A stretch of 11,799 bases of DNA from Chthonomonadales bacterium. GTDB lineage: Bacteria; Armatimonadota; Chthonomonadetes; Chthonomonadales; Chthonomonadaceae. The stretch lies in the NCBI GenBank assembly GCA_038217285.1, contig JBBQPO010000196.1, positions 1 to 11,799 on the forward strand. Reading direction: 5' to 3'. Positions 1 to 8,117 of this stretch are shown piece after piece. The first letter of the stretch is position 1; each line of letters begins with the position of its first letter. The notes beneath the pieces were generated by a model. It did no database searches, had not been told where the DNA came from, and saw only the letters and a list, made by a program, of their open reading frames with translations. The position numbers and the translations under genes are program-made.

Positions 1-828
1 CTGCTCTTTGAAATCACGAAACATCTCTTCGATCCAGAAGCGACGGCTGTAACGCTCCAGATTGTCTTTGCCCGCTCGGAAAGGTGTCAGCAGATACCAG
101 GGTTCGTCCCTGGGATCGATACTGCTCCAGCCACAGTTGAGACTCAGACGCAAACCAGGCAGATCGCGCAGGCAGACATTGTCTTCAAAGTTGATCGTGC
201 CCCGGCGCAAGGGTATCTCCCCAATCTGAAAACGACGCCCGTTTGCCATCTGACACCAGATGTCTTTCTTCATCCGGATCACAAACGACCAGCCTTGCTT
301 CTGCAGAAACTCAAACAATCCGACGCTGCCATATTCTCGGTCGGCCATGAGCACGATGCGTGTGTCCGTGGGCAGTAACTTGGCAACGGCTGTCAATAAC
401 TTGGTTTGCTCCGCAACGCCGCTACAGCCTTCGTGAGGCAGCAGACGCCAGTAGATCGGGATGGCGCGCTTTCGGAAGGCGAGAGCGACAAAAAGCAGCG
501 GGAAGCGGTCGTCCAGATCGGTCTGATCCATAATCAGTTCGATCTCCCTTCCTTTCCAGGTTGCAAGTACCGCCTTGGCAACGCCTTCATACCAGAGGGT
601 GGGTTGGATCGCCTTGTTTTTGAGGAAGCGTTCCAGCCTCTGCAAGGCGTTTCGGGTGTTTCCCGTCACCGGTAAGGTGAGTGCAATCTTGGGCAGATGG
701 ACGTGTCCTGCCAGAAGTAGTCCGTAGACGAAAAGGGCGAGATTGTTGAGTTGTGGTTTCCAAGCCTCAGTAACCAGAGGACTCAAGACCTCGCAGAGGG
801 TATTATAATCAGGACAAGACCGTTGCAT
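1..828 (-). CDS. IS4-family DDE transposase, 5' part (276 codons; C-terminus outside the window)
   Basis: My translation of the minus strand from ATG 828 is open to base 1: MQRSCPDYNTLCEVLSPLV...LIMDQT...VLMADREY...EPWYLLT...YSRRFWIEEMFRDFKEQ. It has a DDE triad (D101, D163, E267) and the IS4 Y-(2)-R-(3)-E-(6)-K signature. RBS GGAGG at 838-834. Confidence 0.95.
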   Translation of the reverse strand, partial: MQRSCPDYNTLCEVLSPLVTEAWKPQLNNLALFVYGLLLAGHVHLPKIALTLPVTGNTRNALQRLERFLKNKAIQPTLWYEGVAKAVLATWKGREIELIMDQTDLDDRFPLLFVALAFRKRAIPIYWRLLPHEGCSGVAEQTKLLTAVAKLLPTDTRIVLMADREYGSVGLFEFLQKQGWSFVIRMKKDIWCQMANGRRFQIGEIPLRRGTINFEDNVCLRDLPGLRLSLNCGWSSIDPRDEPWYLLTPFRAGKDNLERYSRRFWIEEMFRDFKEQ

Positions 829-895
829 GTGTTCCTCCGGAAAAATGTGTGTTGGCACTTACATTTTACCGAACCGGGAGCCGAAACGGTCTTGT
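814..895 (-). promoter_or_regulatory. Long imperfect hairpin enclosing the transposase RBS and start codon
   Basis: Perfect 11-bp inverted repeat ACAAGACCGTT (814-824) / AACGGTCTTGT (885-895), with an inner pair AAAATGT (842-848) / ACATTTT (861-867). The RBS (834-838) and ATG (826-828) lie inside. Confidence 0.65.
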
Positions 896-1056
896 TTTGT
901 CAAATCTAAATGTGAGGGGTAGTCAGGTCCAGACCATAATGCAAACGCCAATGCTATAACTGCTTTTTCCTTGAACGATGACTGAGGTTATATTCGGAAG
1001 AGGCATTGCACTCGCCATATCGGGCTTACTCGAAGGCACACCAAGGATAGATAAGT

Positions 1057-1725
1057 ATGTCTGACACTCATTCCGCCTGGGGATACCCGATTGTCCTGAT
1101 TCAGTGGGGGGATCCACGCAAGGAGTTTCCTGATATCGAGGAAATCAGCGCTTTGATAGAGCATGATGTTGCTGATGTGTTCCGCAACGCAGGCATCACG
1201 GAATTGCCGGAGATGGTCAAACTTGACGTCGCGAATGACAATCCTCAGTTGTTCAGAGAAGAAATCGTGCAATGCCTTCAGCGCAACCGGGAAAACGTTC
1301 AGATAGTCTACATCGGCGCGCACGGCAATCAACGTGGCATTTGCTTCGACAATACTGGGGCAGCTGTGTTGACCTACGAGGAAATTGCAGGCATCGTTCA
1401 GGAAGTATTTTTTGATGATAATTGCCTGAAAGTTGTTTTCGGAGTCTGTACGGTGATGTCTGACGAGGTTGCTGTCGAAAGTAAGTTTCCGTCATCTGTA
1501 TCGCGTATTATTGGCTTTGCGGACAAGCCAGCGGGGCAAGACGTCGCCGCGCTGGTAGCAGGCGAAATAAAAAATATGATGCAACTGTATGTAGATCTCC
1601 ATAAGCAGTCGGTGGTTGCCATAGGTGAATCTACCACACCCGATAGAAGCGCTGCGTTTCAGGCGGAACTTGTCAATCGAAATGATCAAATCGTTTTGGA
1701 CACACACCGTAGAAGAACATGTTGA
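1057..1725 (+). CDS. Caspase/CHAT-like (clan CD) cysteine-peptidase-fold protein, probably frameshifted near the C-terminus
   Basis: IVYIGAHG (His89, 1321-1323) and VVFGVC (Cys131, 1447-1449), followed by IIGF, match the HG...C dyad and strand order of CHAT/caspase-like domains. AAGGA upstream at 1043-1047. Confidence 0.65.
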   Translation: MSDTHSAWGYPIVLIQWGDPRKEFPDIEEISALIEHDVADVFRNAGITELPEMVKLDVANDNPQLFREEIVQCLQRNRENVQIVYIGAHGNQRGICFDNTGAAVLTYEEIAGIVQEVFFDDNCLKVVFGVCTVMSDEVAVESKFPSSVSRIIGFADKPAGQDVAALVAGEIKNMMQLYVDLHKQSVVAIGESTTPDRSAAFQAELVNRNDQIVLDTHRRRTC

Positions 1726-1852
1726 TAATCCAGAGCAATTGGTAGTAGGCGTACTCGGGACGAAGGTTATAATTGCAGAGAAGGACGACCAAACCAAAAC
1801 GTGGAGACGAACCGTAAAACTAATCGCGCGTAATCCAGATGTAGGCGTTTAG
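1707..1852 (+). pseudogene. Probable out-of-frame C-terminal continuation of the caspase-like gene
   Basis: The +1 frame reads TVEEHVDNPEQLVVGVLGTKVIIAEKDDQTKTWRRTVKLIARNPDVGV*, which looks protein-like and has no evident start of its own. The junction falls at an (AC)4 run at 1700-1707. Confidence 0.5.
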
Positions 1853-1876
1853 AACGTCATGGTCGAAGGAAGCTCG

Positions 1877-1935
1877 ATGTCCAGATTGTCGCGGTTTCTG
1901 CCGCACTCGACCGAAGATCATGGTTATCTGGACAT
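1877..1935. repeat. 10-bp inverted repeat enclosing a small inner stem
   Basis: ATGTCCAGAT (1877-1886) / ATCTGGACAT (1926-1935), with inner GCGG...CCGC at 1891-1904. Function unknown. Confidence 0.45.
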
Positions 1936-2560
1936 TCTGGTATCTCTGAGGCCCTGACCTCTCTCGCGACCGCTGTTGCGTAACCCGATTGGGGTCTCAT
2001 ACGAAGAGATGGGTAAGGCCACGCTTCGTCATACCCGTCCCAAAGCCCTCACATCGTTACACTACGGTAGACCAGGCAACGAGTGGTCCTCACCCTTTTT
2101 CCCTGTACGGCCTCCTCCGTTCGCTGAACCCTTCTCGACAATGTGCAGTGAGGGCGGCGACTTGCTCTTGCGGTGCCTAAACCGGTGCGCTGGATGCAAA
2201 CCCTTAACTCACGCTCTATGAGTTCGACGACGGGCACGTATACGGGAGGCGTTAGTTCGGCGGAAGCCCATGGTATTGACGGTACCTCGGACCTATTGAC
2301 ACTTAATACCGAACGATGTGAACCATACTGGATACAAGATGAACACAACAGCCGTTCTTCCTAACCCTACTCAGGTCGATGGCTAGATCTTACATGCAGA
2401 ATAAGCAGGGGAACGAAGGGTTAACGATGAATATAGGCCATTAAGAGTTGTGTTCGGTAGAACTCTCTTGCCTGGTGGCGCATAATACTAGGAACTCGTC
2501 TCGTTTACTCCCGCGCAGCGCCTTCACCTGCATCCCCCTTTGTTTGATGGAAGCTTACAG

Positions 2561-4804
2561 ATGCGAAACTTGAACGTAAAAATCCAGCGAATGACGATTG
2601 TGATACCGATGGCGCTGCTCGTTTGCCTTTCGGGCTGTAGCTCACTCTTTGGACCACCCTCGGGGTCGAGCCGCCCCGCTGGAGGTATCGAGCAGGCCAA
2701 AGGCGCGGAGCCGCCAGAGATAGATCTGGTCTTTGTGGTAGACCAGTCGGAAAGCATGGGAGGCAGCCCTCACGAACGCGGTACTGACCCGACAGGGTTG
2801 CGTTTCCGGGCGCTCCGCTATGCGATCGACAGCCTCCGGATGAAGGCCACGGCGAGTCGCCCACACCGAATGGGCCTGGTGCAGTTCGGCACGGACGCAC
2901 CCGCAGAACTGTCTAGCAGCCTGATAGCAACGACCGATTCAACAGGCATTGCGCACCTCCAGGCGAAGTTGCAACCCCGCAACCTGGTATGGACTAATTT
3001 TGGGTCAGCGATGAAGCGCGCGGCTGGCATTCTTCGCACAGGCGGTGCGTTTGCACCGAATCATCGACCGGCCATTGTCGTATTTACCGACGGCACGCCC
3101 GAAGATACGCGTCACTTACCGCGGTCGGCTTACTTTCAGGAGATCGAGCGCCTGGTCGACGCCGAGTTGGGGCAAACGGGGTGCCTGGTGTATCTTGTCG
3201 CCGTAGACGCGTCAGGCCGCTTCTGGGGACAGGACAGTGCCGAGTGGAACCGGATTACCGGCGGGCGGGCGAGATCGATTGCAAGTGTGGAGGAATTAAA
3301 GCCGCAATTCAATGAGATCCTGCTGGACCTGCTTCAGCTTCCGAAGATGGCGAAGGATGAAGTGCATCCCGGAATGACAGCGTTTACTGTTGGGCCTTAC
3401 CTGGAACAACTCGAATGCCATGTTCTCGGCCAACCGCTACAGGGACTGGAACTGGTAGCCCCAAACGGTCACGCGGTACAGCCGGTTCGCTGGACCAGTC
3501 AAGATTACACGATCCTCACCGTTAAACGGCCTCAGGCTGGCGCATGGTCCTACCGTCTGCCCAGCAAAGCAACGACACTCACGATCTACCGTAATGAAAC
3601 GCCGGTCCGCCCCCGTCTGGTTTCCCCGCTGCCGATCCACCCTGCCGGAAAGGCGATGCGCGTAATCGCGGAGGTGCGGTATGTGAATGGCGATGCGCTC
3701 ACCGAACTGCCCGCCTATCCTCTCAGAATTACTACCCGGGTCACTCCTGGCGGGAAGCAAGCAAGCAACTACACGATGCGTCCGAGAGGCTCCGGGCTCT
3801 TCGATACGGACGGCGACACACCGATCCCTCCCCAATCGCGTGAAGTTCAGGTCGAGACGGTCTTACATGCCGGGACGAGCCGCGAGTACACGACATCTTC
3901 CAGGATTGACATTACACGCACACCCTATTTTGACGTCTCGCTGCAGACAGGGGGGTGGCTGCGCCATTACGGCGACCAGATCGTGGTGACCGCTCAGTTA
4001 CGCGAGGCAGGCGCGCCGGTGGCTCCCGAGCAAGTATTTCAAAGTCCCACGGCAGTGATCCGCGCCGAACTGGTCGGTTCCCCGGAAAATCAGCGCTCGA
4101 CTTCCATGTGGCTGGATGAGCGGCGCGAACAGCCCGGCACCTACGTTGCTTATCTTCCTGCCGCCGTCCGCGCGCCGGGGCGCTACGAGGTGACTTACGC
4201 CCTGGGCGCTACCGACGTACGCTCCGGCAAGCGCGTTGAGGGGACCGAGACGATCTCCGTTATGGTCCGCCCCACCTGGCTGGACTGGTTGGTTGTCGGA
4301 GGGACGTTGGCGGCCCGATTAGCGGCGATCGGCCTGACGGTTCTGATCATCACGCTCTTGTGGGCGTTTCTCTGGGCACTGCGACTGCCCCGTATGCGTG
4401 GGGGAAAGGTACAGATCCTGGCTCCGGAAAGACCGCAAAATCCCGCTCGGACGCCAGCCAACGCGAACCGTCCGAAAACCCAGCCCTCTGGCGGTGGGCT
4501 TGCCGGACTCATGCAGACTGCTGCCGCGGCGACTCCTGCACAGGCGTCCGAGGGACCGTCGCCTGCTCCGTCTCGCGACCACAGCTATCCCCTGCGGGGC
4601 AAGTTTTTACTCTGCCGCTATGGACGCCTGTTCTTTATTCATGAAGTCCGGGCCCGTCGTGGCTCTCAGGGGCCGCTTGGCGGCGGAGCCCGCATGGATG
4701 TCCGTCAATATGCCGTTCGCTTCTTTGTATATGGCGTCCCAGGCATTGTCCGGTGCGAGTCGGGTAAGGACGTCATGGTTGGCAGGTACAGGGTGAAATT
4801 TTAA
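2561..4804 (+). CDS. vWA-domain lipoprotein with beta-rich middle region, C-terminal TM helix and cytoplasmic tail (747 aa from ATG 2561)
   Basis: Basic n-region, hydrophobic h-region and lipobox LSGC (Cys at 2636-2638). Complete MIDAS: VFVVDQSES (Asp at 2741), WTNF, VVFTDG. Beta-strand/Pro-rich middle region, hydrophobic segment WLDWLVV...LLWAFLWAL (about 4277-4383), then a P/A/Q-rich linker. ATG 2561 preferred over TTG 2540. Confidence 0.88.
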   Translation: MRNLNVKIQRMTIVIPMALLVCLSGCSSLFGPPSGSSRPAGGIEQAKGAEPPEIDLVFVVDQSESMGGSPHERGTDPTGLRFRALRYAIDSLRMKATASRPHRMGLVQFGTDAPAELSSSLIATTDSTGIAHLQAKLQPRNLVWTNFGSAMKRAAGILRTGGAFAPNHRPAIVVFTDGTPEDTRHLPRSAYFQEIERLVDAELGQTGCLVYLVAVDASGRFWGQDSAEWNRITGGRARSIASVEELKPQFNEILLDLLQLPKMAKDEVHPGMTAFTVGPYLEQLECHVLGQPLQGLELVAPNGHAVQPVRWTSQDYTILTVKRPQAGAWSYRLPSKATTLTIYRNETPVRPRLVSPLPIHPAGKAMRVIAEVRYVNGDALTELPAYPLRITTRVTPGGKQASNYTMRPRGSGLFDTDGDTPIPPQSREVQVETVLHAGTSREYTTSSRIDITRTPYFDVSLQTGGWLRHYGDQIVVTAQLREAGAPVAPEQVFQSPTAVIRAELVGSPENQRSTSMWLDERREQPGTYVAYLPAAVRAPGRYEVTYALGATDVRSGKRVEGTETISVMVRPTWLDWLVVGGTLAARLAAIGLTVLIITLLWAFLWALRLPRMRGGKVQILAPERPQNPARTPANANRPKTQPSGGGLAGLMQTAAAATPAQASEGPSPAPSRDHSYPLRGKFLLCRYGRLFFIHEVRARRGSQGPLGGGARMDVRQYAVRFFVYGVPGIVRCESGKDVMVGRYRVKF

Positions 4805-4809
4805 GGTTG

Positions 4810-4825
4810 GCGCCCATGCGCCCAT
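4810..4825 (+). repeat. Perfect 8-bp tandem duplication GCGCCCAT x2
   Basis: Directly visible at 4810-4817 and 4818-4825, between the vWA stop codon and the tubulin RBS. Confidence 0.8.
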
Positions 4826-4837
4826 TAGGAGACATGT

Positions 4838-7800
4838 ATGGCTCGAGGGAATCTCATTATAAGCGTTGGCGGAGCTGGCAAGGGTGTCCTTAACTACATC
4901 AAACAGACCCTGGTCGATCGTCATGGTTCTGTGCAGGCCAGCGGCACTGTGTTGCTGTCCATTGATGGTCCGCCGCCGGAAAGCGACGGAGACTACCTGG
5001 CGACTGGAGGCTTCTCCCTCAGTTCCAGGCAAGCCGACCAGGAATTTTATGGGCTGAAGGCCGACCCGAAGCCGGAGTTCGAAGCGCTGGCTGCCGGCAA
5101 TCCTGCCGGGTGCCACTCCCCCTATCTGGTACGCACCGTAACGCGGTACGAGGCCCAGAAGCTCACACGCCTGGTACAGAATATGTCGCCCAAAGCGGGG
5201 TGCGGCGGTTGCCGGCCCGCTGCCTTCGGCAGCTTCTGCCTGGAAACTACCTCGCTAAAAACGGAGATTTCGCGGGCGATCGAAACAGCGCGTCACCTCG
5301 CGCCGTGGGGCGACGTTGAGGGCCGGCGTATCCAACTCTTCAATGTCATTCTCGTGGGATGCCAGTTCGGTGGCACAGGATCCGGACAACTGACTAGCAC
5401 CGCCCAGTTGCTGAGGTCGCTTATGCGGGCGGAAGATCGCCTCATTCTGGCGCTCTTTCTTCCAGATGCCTTTGAATATGTACTGCGCAAGGACACCGAC
5501 TCGCGCGACTACGCCGACGCCAAGGGATGGTGCGGGCTTGCCGAGTTGGCACGGTTAAGGAAGTCGCTTGGGATTCAGGACAGCATCGAGTATACCAGCC
5601 AGACATCGGCGAGCTACGGACAGCTCTTTGATGTCTGCTTCCTACTCGACGGCCGCGGTACGAACGTGAACCAGACGCAGAGCGTGCCTCGTAACAGCAT
5701 CGTTCCGGCTGCGGCAGACGCGCTTACCAGTCTGATCCTGGACGACCTGCACTCGGTCACGAAGTATATTGACTGGGCCAACCGGTCGCTCGTCAATAAG
5801 CACTACAGTGCTCTCGGCTCCCACACCTGGGTGTTTCCGGCGAAGCGGCTTGTGGCCGAGTATGCGTTGCGTTTTACCGCGTCTCTGTACCAGAAGATGT
5901 TGGATGCGGCGAATGTGGAAGAGGAGGCTCGCCAGCGGGCGCGAGTTCTGCTCAATAAGACCCTGATTACGCAGATGGCGATTGATGCCAGCCAGAACAA
6001 GGGCCTGCCGACCCATCCGACGGAATGGCGCGCTCTGCGCCCGCGTATGACCGTAACCGTGAACCCGCCGCAATGGCCGCAAAGCGATAGTTTCGATATC
6101 TGCCGTCTGGAGAAGGAAGTGCGCCACTGCCGTCATATATTCGGAGGACCCAACAATTCCGAGGTCAAGCAGGATACGGACCAGACGGTAGAAGCGTATC
6201 TGGGCAAACCGGACGACCAGCGAGAGCTTACCGTGCATGGCTGGTTGAACGTCAACGCAAGTGTGGTCAGGACCGTCCTGGTAGACAACCTCTTACTACA
6301 ATTCAAAGACCTCTTTTACCGTCGTGACAACACGGGGGTGTACCAGGTGCGTCCCCTGTCCGAGCAGGCCAACACGATTACGGAGGCCCGCCTGTTCCTG
6401 GCGGAGACGATGCGTACGCTTGGGATGCTTCGCGATCAGTTCAAGACCGATCAGGAGAAAGGCTATATAGCCGACCCGGACGTGCCAGGCCAGCGGGTGC
6501 TTATCACCACGTTCGCACGCCGGGCTGTGGATGCCCTGAGCCCCCAGATGGGCGCTGGACGCGACCGCGGCCTACAGGAACAGTATATTGCTGCAAGCCA
6601 GGTCTATCTCGAAGCGCGGGTGTGGGAGGAGTTGATGACAGCAGGGCATCGGCTGGCCGAAGACTTGCTTAACCTCCTAGAAGTGAGCTGGGGATGGGTG
6701 GGAGACGCCGCCTCCGGTTGGGAGGCCTTCTTGCGCGATGTCTGCCTCAAGACCGTGGAAGGGGAAAGGACGCGCCTGCGGACCGTGGCGCAGGAGGAAG
6801 ACGATATCGCCTGCCGGACCAACTTCCCTTCCGCCGGGGGAGCGGCGGAACGCGCGCTCTACGAACAGACCACCGGCGACATGGACCTCATTGACGCTGC
6901 GCTCAGCCGGATGAGTTGGGAATTGACTGAGATCGCTCCGACGGGCGACCCGCGGAAGGATCTGGAGGGCAGGCAACTCCTCCTGAGAACCGGCATGGAG
7001 GTTCCACCCAACACCGCCACCCAACTGGTCGTTGGGCGGGATCTGCTCACGAACGAGAAGCGAGAACTCCAGGTATCGCAGCACTCTCCAGAGCAGTTGC
7101 GATCCTTTGCGGAGGCGCACGTACGCCCGCGAATAGACGAGCTCTCACTTTGGGACGCCCTCTATGCGGTCTTCCGCTACGAGGCGCTCCCCGCCGGCGC
7201 GACGCCGACGGACGCCGCGATGCAGAGCTTCGTCAGCGCAAAAGTCCAGGACCTGCATATGAAATCGGAAGTCCTCTTCCGCAACGCCGGGCGCGCCGGC
7301 GATGCTGTCACCTACTGCTTCTCCCGGTTTGTGGTCGAGGAAACGCCGAGCGGCCAACTCAGCACTGCATTCCAGAGGGAACTCGAGCAGACTTTCGGCG
7401 CAACCCACGGCTTAGACCAACTCCGGCAGGAGCTACGTGTCGCCTCCTTCGCTCATGGTCTGGACCACGCCGACTGGAGCTATTTTGACGAGGCGTACAG
7501 GAAGTACGGTGACCATGAGGATGCGAGCCGTCTTCCAACCTCGCAGATATACGCCAACGAGAAATATGCGTTCGAGCTGGAGACCATCATCGGCCAGCGG
7601 ATCCGCCGTGCCGTAAGGCGGCCTCTGCCTCCGGAGATTTCTTGCTTGATGAACTACCCGGAAGATCTGGAAACGTTCGTGATGGCCTGGCTGGCCCGCT
7701 TGTTCGATAGAATTGACGATCCGAAGCTGCCCAATTCCTTCCCGTTTGTTGGGATTACCAGTCCCCGTCAGGTGGATCTAGGGCGCCCTGAACACTTCGA

Positions 7801-8086
7801 CATGGTACTCAGAGAGTACCTGGCTCGGGGCGCTGGCCGGATCGGCGCTCAGGAGGTGCGCGATGAGATTTCCAGGCGGCTCACCGCTAAAATGCTGGAC
7901 CTTAAGGACCAGCCCACGCAGGAGCTCTTCTACCGTGGACTTATCCAGGAGGCCCAGGGGAATGACCCATTCTGGCTTAAGGGAGCGACGATGGACGCGG
8001 GGGTCCCGAAAGATATCTGGATCGAGGTATTCCTCGCGATTGTCTTACGGCGTGCCGATCGCTACCGCATCGCCCTAACTATCTAG
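4838..8086 (+). CDS. Tubulin/FtsZ-like GTPase (FtsZl1 / Tubulin_2-type) with long C-terminal extension, 1082 aa
   Basis: N-terminal LIISVGGAG, GCGGCR at the position of GAGxxR, tubulin signature FGGTGSG (GGTGSG at 5369-5386), LFLPDAF, FDVCFLLD and YSALG, all typical of Tubulin_2-type proteins. RBS AGGAG at 4827-4831. Adjacent to a vWA gene, as is known for this family. Confidence 0.9.
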   Translation: MARGNLIISVGGAGKGVLNYIKQTLVDRHGSVQASGTVLLSIDGPPPESDGDYLATGGFSLSSRQADQEFYGLKADPKPEFEALAAGNPAGCHSPYLVRTVTRYEAQKLTRLVQNMSPKAGCGGCRPAAFGSFCLETTSLKTEISRAIETARHLAPWGDVEGRRIQLFNVILVGCQFGGTGSGQLTSTAQLLRSLMRAEDRLILALFLPDAFEYVLRKDTDSRDYADAKGWCGLAELARLRKSLGIQDSIEYTSQTSASYGQLFDVCFLLDGRGTNVNQTQSVPRNSIVPAAADALTSLILDDLHSVTKYIDWANRSLVNKHYSALGSHTWVFPAKRLVAEYALRFTASLYQKMLDAANVEEEARQRARVLLNKTLITQMAIDASQNKGLPTHPTEWRALRPRMTVTVNPPQWPQSDSFDICRLEKEVRHCRHIFGGPNNSEVKQDTDQTVEAYLGKPDDQRELTVHGWLNVNASVVRTVLVDNLLLQFKDLFYRRDNTGVYQVRPLSEQANTITEARLFLAETMRTLGMLRDQFKTDQEKGYIADPDVPGQRVLITTFARRAVDALSPQMGAGRDRGLQEQYIAASQVYLEARVWEELMTAGHRLAEDLLNLLEVSWGWVGDAASGWEAFLRDVCLKTVEGERTRLRTVAQEEDDIACRTNFPSAGGAAERALYEQTTGDMDLIDAALSRMSWELTEIAPTGDPRKDLEGRQLLLRTGMEVPPNTATQLVVGRDLLTNEKRELQVSQHSPEQLRSFAEAHVRPRIDELSLWDALYAVFRYEALPAGATPTDAAMQSFVSAKVQDLHMKSEVLFRNAGRAGDAVTYCFSRFVVEETPSGQLSTAFQRELEQTFGATHGLDQLRQELRVASFAHGLDHADWSYFDEAYRKYGDHEDASRLPTSQIYANEKYAFELETIIGQRIRRAVRRPLPPEISCLMNYPEDLETFVMAWLARLFDRIDDPKLPNSFPFVGITSPRQVDLGRPEHFDMVLREYLARGAGRIGAQEVRDEISRRLTAKMLDLKDQPTQELFYRGLIQEAQGNDPFWLKGATMDAGVPKDIWIEVFLAIVLRRADRYRIALTI

Positions 8087-8117
8087 CAGGTGGTACGGAG
8101 AAAGGACGGGAGCTTTG

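Larger units (their letters stand above)
1..922 (-). mobile_element. IS4-family insertion sequence, left part; probable terminus near 922
   Basis: Transposase plus about 94 bp of leader. On the minus strand the leader begins 5'-CTACCCCTCACATTT, a CT-starting end like those of IS10/IS50-type IS4 elements. The partner inverted repeat is outside the window, so the exact boundary is inferred. Confidence 0.7.

Noticed and set aside
406-675. 89-aa plus-strand ORF
   Set aside because: Antisense shadow of the IS4 transposase.
863-903. TTGACA (903-898) + TAAAAT (868-863) as one sigma70 promoter for the transposase
   Set aside because: The spacing is 29 bp, far from 16-18.
923-985. Short open frame SGPDHNANANAITAFSLNDD* next to the IS end as a remnant of an interrupted gene
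   Set aside because: Only 20 codons; indistinguishable from chance without the other IS flank.
1976-2364. Four short overlapping ORFs (63-99 aa) in the intergenic region
   Set aside because: No recognisable motifs, mostly non-ATG starts, and mutual overlap; none can be supported.
4838-8086. Calling the gene ftsZ or a true tubulin (btubA/B)
   Set aside because: Its size, motif variants, absence of dcw-cluster context and vWA neighbour indicate the FtsZl1/Tubulin_2 type.
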